From the sequence record OP999024.1: a stretch of 5,065 bases of DNA; one strand, written 5' to 3'. The notes beneath the pieces were generated by a model. That model saw only the letters and a list, made by a program, of their open reading frames with translations, did not search any database and was not told the DNA's origin. Positions 1 to 3,157 of this stretch are shown piece by piece. Made by a program: the position numbers and the translations under genes. The stretch's first letter is position 1, and every line of letters starts with the position of its first letter.

Positions 1-423
1 TTCCTTTTCAAGCTCAGAATCAAGTTCAGAGGCCAGTTTATCCACAACATCGTAATAAATTTCTAGGTATTTTTCATAATCAATCTCTGGGCCAGTAAGT
101 ATGTTATCATCAGTTCTCGCAATTATTTGTATTGTCGCATTTTTTTCGCCTTGTGTATAGATGAAATCAATATAGATCTCTTTTTCACCGTTTAGAGTAT
201 AATGCCTTACCGTGCTTATTATCTTAAATGTTCCATCATTGCCAAATGTGACTTGTTGATTGAAGTAATTATCATCAAAAATATACTCATCGCTAATTTG
301 AATTGGTGAGATATGTTCTTTGTAAAACTCATTTATTATTGATTGTATGCCAGCTGCTAAGGCTTCGTAGTATAGCTTTTTCTTTAGTTCATCTAGTTCA
401 AATATGTTGATTGACGTCATCAT
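1..423 (-). CDS. Hypothetical acidic protein, 3'-truncated by the window edge (at least 141 aa: MMTSINIFELDELKKKLYYEALAAGIQSIINEFYKEH...YDVVDKLASELDSELEKE)
   Basis: Manual translation: ATG at 423 (second ATG at 420), no stop down to base 1. A BRE/TATA box (CACGAAAGG-TTTTTAAG) lies at 460-444. Not in the supplied track. No family recognised. Confidence 0.85.
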   Translation of the reverse strand, partial: MMTSINIFELDELKKKLYYEALAAGIQSIINEFYKEHISPIQISDEYIFDDNYFNQQVTFGNDGTFKIISTVRHYTLNGEKEIYIDFIYTQGEKNATIQIIARTDDNILTGPEIDYEKYLEIYYDVVDKLASELDSELEKE

Positions 424-443
424 TCTTATTTTTCTATTTTTTG

Positions 444-460
444 CTTAAAAACCTTTCGTG
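444..460 (-). promoter_or_regulatory. Archaeal BRE + TATA promoter for the leaderless ORF starting at 423/420
   Basis: Minus strand reads CACGAAAGGTTTTTAAG. The TATA element is at -28..-21 from ATG 423, or -31..-24 from ATG 420. Confidence 0.7.
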
Positions 461-462
461 AC

Positions 463-477
463 CTAAAAGTTTAAAAA
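463..477 (+). promoter_or_regulatory. Candidate BRE + TATA of a divergent rightward promoter
   Basis: CTAAAAG-TTTAAAAA at 463-477, back to back with the leftward promoter. It predicts a transcription start near 500, about 14 nt before ATG 514. Confidence 0.45.
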
Positions 478-513
478 TGAGTATACATAAATTATTTATG
501 AGATGATGGTAAG

Positions 514-654
514 ATGAGTACATATAAGGAAGTACTTGAAAAGATGAAGAAGGAGCATAAGAGAGTACTTGATAACGAGGAAGAATCAGAGAAAGAAAAA
601 GAGGAAGAAGAGGAAGAAGATAAATTACTACAAAAGTTAGCAAATGGTCCATAA
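514..654 (+). CDS. Small highly charged protein, 46 aa (MSTYKEVLEKMKKEHKRVLDNEEESEKEKEEEEEEDKLLQKLANGP)
   Basis: Manual translation: ATG 514 to TAA 652-654. Purine-rich coding-like sense strand, upstream TATA and weak SD-like GATGGT (505-510), T-rich tract downstream. It explains the low-complexity sequence better than the antisense 78-aa ORF does. Confidence 0.6.
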   Translation: MSTYKEVLEKMKKEHKRVLDNEEESEKEKEEEEEEDKLLQKLANGP

Positions 655-655
655 A

Positions 656-682
656 TTGATTTGTTTTCAATTCTCCAATTTT
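656..682 (+). terminator. Possible archaeal T-rich terminator after the 46-aa ORF
   Basis: TTGATTTGTTTTCAATTCTCCAATTTT begins 2 nt after the stop. Oligo-T/pyrimidine tracts are typical of Sulfolobales terminators. Confidence 0.3.
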
Positions 683-693
683 ACAGAACGACC

Positions 694-754
694 TAGCTTA
701 CGACGTGAAAAAGCTAACTGTGGGGGGACAAGGAGGTAGGCCTCGCAGGCCCCT
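694..754. other. GC-rich non-coding patch with two stem-loops and a G6 run
   Basis: TAGCTT(694-699)/AAGCTA(711-716) forms a stem. AGG-TA-GGCCT-CGC-AGGCC-CCT (734-754) forms 8 bp with a 2-nt bulge. 27 of 40 bases in 721-760 are G/C, against AT-rich flanks. Confidence 0.45.
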
Positions 755-793
755 GGAGATGAAAGAATAAAAATGATTATTCAAGAATAGATA

Positions 794-799
794 GTGAGG
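794..799 (+). promoter_or_regulatory. Shine-Dalgarno motif for the ORF at 804
   Basis: GTGAGG ends 4 nt before ATG 804 and resembles the archaeal SD consensus GGAGGTGA. Confidence 0.55.
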
Positions 800-803
800 C
801 TAA

Positions 804-1142
804 ATGGGTTACGTAGTTCTTCCAACGCTTACACAATACATAATATTTACTGTTATAGTGAGTGTTTTAGTACTTCTTATTGGGATTGTACTTTATCGTT
901 TTGGTGGTAGTTTTCGCTATGATGTTTTGATAGTATTAGCCATGATTTATGCCACTGTTTTATACCTTTCTTCTGATGAATTTTTTATTTCAACGCCGGG
1001 CGTTAATGTGTCAACCTCAGCAACAAATTCAACAGTTTATGTAACAGTAGGATACGCAAATTCGCTTGATGCATTATATATCGTTTTTATGGGGATAAGC
1101 ACTATTATACTGCTTGTTAGATTGATACAAAAAATCCACTAA
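804..1142 (+). CDS. Small integral membrane protein (112 aa, three hydrophobic segments), possibly glycosylated or virion-associated
   Basis: Hydrophobic stretches at about aa 12-31, 40-56 and 89-108. The S/T-rich loop between TM2 and TM3 carries NVS and NST sequons. SD motif upstream. The stop overlaps the convergent gene's stop (1139-1142). Confidence 0.85.
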   Translation: MGYVVLPTLTQYIIFTVIVSVLVLLIGIVLYRFGGSFRYDVLIVLAMIYATVLYLSSDEFFISTPGVNVSTSATNSTVYVTVGYANSLDALYIVFMGISTIILLVRLIQKIH

Positions 1143-1567
1143 GAAGTTACATTATTTCCTTGTAATTGTATTTTTTCTAAAGCAGTTAATTTTTCCTCAA
1201 TTTCTGGAAGCCCCAAATCTCTTGCCACTTCTAATACAATATTTTTTATTGTTGTTTGGATTGCCTGCATTCTCGCCAGTGTAGTTTGATAGCCAAAGCC
1301 AGCAAATTGATAGCTTTTTGATAAGCCAACATCCAAAACTTGTACAAAGGCCATTAATAATGCTTTAGCGTTTTTTGCCTCATTAAGCTGCGTTAAGTCA
1401 ACGTAATTTATAATATCAGTCGTATTCAGATATTCTCTTATTGTTATTTTCAGTTCATTCAATACGAAAGTCCCAATGTGTGGTGCTATTTTACGTGCGC
1501 TTATATCATACATGTCAAGAGTATCGCCAAGATCCTCGACAAACCTAAGCAAAACTTCATTATACAT
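1139..1567 (-). CDS. Hypothetical soluble, probably all-alpha protein (142 aa)
   Basis: Intact ORF with amphipathic helical patterning and its own TATA box (TTTAAAT at -30..-24). No family recognised. Confidence 0.85.
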   Translation of the reverse strand: MYNEVLLRFVEDLGDTLDMYDISARKIAPHIGTFVLNELKITIREYLNTTDIINYVDLTQLNEAKNAKALLMAFVQVLDVGLSKSYQFAGFGYQTTLARMQAIQTTIKNIVLEVARDLGLPEIEEKLTALEKIQLQGNNVTS

Positions 1568-1590
1568 ATAGATAAATAAAAAGAAAGATA

Positions 1591-1598
1591 ATTTAAAG
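1591..1598 (-). promoter_or_regulatory. TATA box for the leaderless ORF at 1567, overlapping the stop codon of the upstream gene
   Basis: Minus strand reads CTTTAAAT-TATCTTTCTTTTTATTTATCTAT-ATG. The TAA of the 151-aa gene (1595-1593) lies inside the box, and the following T-tract could also terminate the upstream transcript. Confidence 0.55.
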
Positions 1599-2048
1599 AT
1601 GCTGTACCTCTATTTCCACTGGTTTCTCTACTTTTCCATCTTTGCCATCTCCTTCTATTATCTTGTCTATTATTTCTACTACCTTTTGTTCTTGCTGTTC
1701 TTGCTTACTATCTTGCTTTCCGTCTCCCTCTATTATCTTATCTATTCTGTCTCTTACCATCCTTAGATCGGCCTTCAGCTTCAAGTCTTTTGATCCCTTA
1801 TATCTCTCTTCAAGCACATCGAGTATCTCCATCATTATAGTAATTAGATCAACATCTCTCACATTTGTAAACTCATAGAGTTTGCCAAAAACTTTTAAAT
1901 AATTCATTACAACATGCACATATTTATCTACTGGCCCTAGGTAGCAATGTTTTTTATTATTATGATTTATATAGTAATATTTTCTTTTTCCTGATTTTTT
2001 GATGTATAATGTCCCATTTTCGCCACAAATCGGACATTTGGTTGTCAT
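1593..2048 (-). CDS. Putative zinc-finger DNA-binding protein (CPICG...H...CYLGP) with helical middle and duplicated charged C-terminal peptide (151 aa)
   Basis: N-terminal CxxC, a basic/aromatic strand (KKSGKRKYYYINH) and HCYLGP supply four possible Zn ligands. From memory this motif recurs in crenarchaeal virus and plasmid proteins; not verified by search. Strong promoter upstream. Confidence 0.85.
   Translation of the reverse strand: MTTKCPICGENGTLYIKKSGKRKYYYINHNNKKHCYLGPVDKYVHVVMNYLKVFGKLYEFTNVRDVDLITIMMEILDVLEERYKGSKDLKLKADLRMVRDRIDKIIEGDGKQDSKQEQQEQKVVEIIDKIIEGDGKDGKVEKPVEIEVQHL
1641..1745 (-). repeat. Two 30-bp direct repeats (1641-1670 and 1716-1745), each encoding IDKIIEGDGK
   Basis: ATA GAT AAG ATA ATA GAG GGA GAC GGA AAG versus ATA GAC AAG ATA ATA GAA GGA GAT GGC AAA: 25/30 identical, period 75 nt. 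Confidence 0.95.
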
Positions 2049-2064
2049 ATGTTAGGATCTGTTT

Positions 2065-2085
2065 TTCTAGTATTTAAAACTTTCT
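2065..2085 (-). promoter_or_regulatory. BRE/TATA promoter of the zinc-finger gene; left copy of a 21-bp inverted repeat
   Basis: Minus strand reads AGAAAGTTTTAAATACTAGAA. TATA ends at -23 from ATG 2048. 19/21 identical to 2761-2781. Confidence 0.8.
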
Positions 2086-2138
2086 ATAATCACTGACGTT
2101 GTTAACCCGTCATTTTTTACGTCTTTCACTGCCCTTTG

Positions 2139-2158
2139 TTTCTACAATTTTATAGAAA
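2139..2158. promoter_or_regulatory. Dyad TTTCTA-N8-TAGAAA directly upstream of the recombinase promoter (operator or recombinase core-site candidate)
   Basis: Perfect 6-bp arms around an 8-bp spacer (CAATTTTA). Extends to 8/9 paired positions over 2136-2161. Confidence 0.5.
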
Positions 2159-2170
2159 GAACATTTTTAA
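2155..2170 (+). promoter_or_regulatory. BRE/TATA promoter for the leaderless recombinase gene
   Basis: GAAAGAACA-TTTTTAA, with the TATA element at -30..-24 from ATG 2194. Confidence 0.6.
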
Positions 2171-2193
2171 CCGCCTGATCTAAAAATGATAGT

Positions 2194-2745
2194 ATGGCAA
2201 TGGAAGAAGGGAAGGCAATATTCAAGTGGGACAAGGGAGTTGACTTTGACAAGATGAGAAAAACATTAGAAAAAGATTATAAGCAATTTTCACAGAATTC
2301 TACTGAAGATTTTGATAAAGAGATTTACGTTGCAATTTTACTTACACAACTAGTTAATGGTACACGAATAGGTGAAGCAGTTAAGGCCTTCTACCAATTT
2401 GTAGAGGTTAGTGGCAAAGAAAGGACAATCATCTTAAAGGCTGAAAAAGGCGGGAATGAGCGCAAAATCATCATCCCCAAAGTAATCACTTATAAAAAGT
2501 ACTATTCCATCATACTTACAAAAAGTGAAAGGAAAATGGTTTCAGTTTTAAAGATGTTCTGCAAAAGACATTATGGTGTAAACACGCATTCTTTCCGTTA
2601 TGCTTTTATAACAAAAGCAATAAAAGATGGGTTACCAGCCGAAGTAGTTGCAAAAATCACTGGCCATAGAAGCTTGCGCCATATTCTAACTTATGTCCAA
2701 ACGAAAGAGGCAGAAGATTACTTGTCACGAATCGCCAATTCATAA
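2194..2745 (+). CDS. Tyrosine recombinase (phage integrase family), catalytic domain only, 183 aa
   Basis: Complete catalytic set in canonical order: R58 (NGTRIGEA), K85 (AEKGG), H132-x-x-R135 (HSFR), H158 (ITGH), Y167 (ILTY). Only about 40 aa precede the first catalytic box, too few for a core-binding domain. Confidence 0.95.
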   Translation: MAMEEGKAIFKWDKGVDFDKMRKTLEKDYKQFSQNSTEDFDKEIYVAILLTQLVNGTRIGEAVKAFYQFVEVSGKERTIILKAEKGGNERKIIIPKVITYKKYYSIILTKSERKMVSVLKMFCKRHYGVNTHSFRYAFITKAIKDGLPAEVVAKITGHRSLRHILTYVQTKEAEDYLSRIANS

Positions 2746-2760
2746 TATCTTCCCCATTTA

Positions 2761-2781
2761 AGAAAGCTTTAAATATTAGAA
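2761..2781 (+). promoter_or_regulatory. BRE/TATA promoter of the RHH gene; right copy of the 21-bp inverted repeat
   Basis: AGAAAGCTTTAAATATTAGAA. TATA at -30..-23 from ATG 2798. Confidence 0.8.
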
Positions 2782-2797
2782 TTCAAAGTGGAAACGT

Positions 2798-3148
2798 ATG
2801 GAAGAGCAGAGGATTAAAGTTAGATTCCCATTAGACAAATACTTATACGAAGGTCTTCAAAAAGTGTCAAGCTTTCTTAAGAAAGATCAAGCACAAATAA
2901 TAAATGAGGCATTAGTTGAGTATCTGCAAAATCCAGTTGATAAATACTATCTTGAGCCTGGCAAAAAACATACAAAGATCGTTAAACTAGATCACAATCT
3001 TGTTGCTGCTGTGGAAGAGTTAGCAAACAAAAGGAATGTTACACCTTCTGTTATTATGAGAACAGCTTTAGCACTTTATATAAACAAGTGGTTGGAGGTA
3101 TTTTACAAAGAAGTATTAGAAAAACCTTCTCAGACTTCTTCACAATAA
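2798..3148 (+). CDS. Tandem ribbon-helix-helix (CopG/MetJ/Arc-like) DNA-binding protein, 116 aa
   Basis: Two RHH patterns: RIKVRFPLDKYLYEGLQKVSSFLKKDQAQIINEALVEYL and KHTKIVKLDHNLVAAVEELANKRNVTPSVIMRTALALYI. Each has an alternating beta strand, helix A, a turn and helix B with the II.eAl..Y signature. Confidence 0.85.
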   Translation: MEEQRIKVRFPLDKYLYEGLQKVSSFLKKDQAQIINEALVEYLQNPVDKYYLEPGKKHTKIVKLDHNLVAAVEELANKRNVTPSVIMRTALALYINKWLEVFYKEVLEKPSQTSSQ

Positions 3149-3157
3149 ATAAAAAAC
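3146..3157 (-). terminator. Oligo-T terminator candidate for the large surface-protein gene
   Basis: Minus strand reads GTTTTTTATTTA immediately after the TAA at 3160-3158. Confidence 0.5.

Noticed and set aside
434-670. 78-aa minus-strand ORF from the track
   Set aside because: It is the antisense shadow of the purine-rich 46-aa ORF. Its L/P/S/F-rich composition reflects a stop-free pyrimidine strand, it starts with TTG without a promoter, and it runs across the divergent promoters at 444-477.
705-770. 21-codon GTG ORF (MKKLTVGGQGGRPRRPLEMKE)
   Set aside because: Too short, no SD or promoter at a suitable distance, and its G/R/P content follows from the local GC richness. It cannot be supported as a gene.
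720-770. Possible tRNA fragment/att site or HDV-like ribozyme (CCTCGC loop)
   Set aside because: No T-psi-C motif (GTTCRA) or cloverleaf on either strand, and the P1/P2/P3 pairings needed for an HDV-like fold could not be built.
1139-1567. 142-aa helical protein as a viral major capsid protein
   Set aside because: Size and helicity fit, but I see no sequence resemblance to rudivirus, lipothrixvirus or bicaudavirus capsid proteins as I recall them. A fold search would be needed.
1642-1878. 78-aa plus-strand ORF from the track
   Set aside because: It lies wholly antisense to the 151-aa gene, whose frame is supported by synonymous-only repeat divergence. Its S/I/C-rich composition is typical of a shadow ORF.
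2094-2112. Short dyad TGACG-N9-CGTCA in the divergent intergenic region
   Set aside because: Only 5-bp arms, no second copy in the window, and it could arise by chance. Worth including in a footprint but not claimed.
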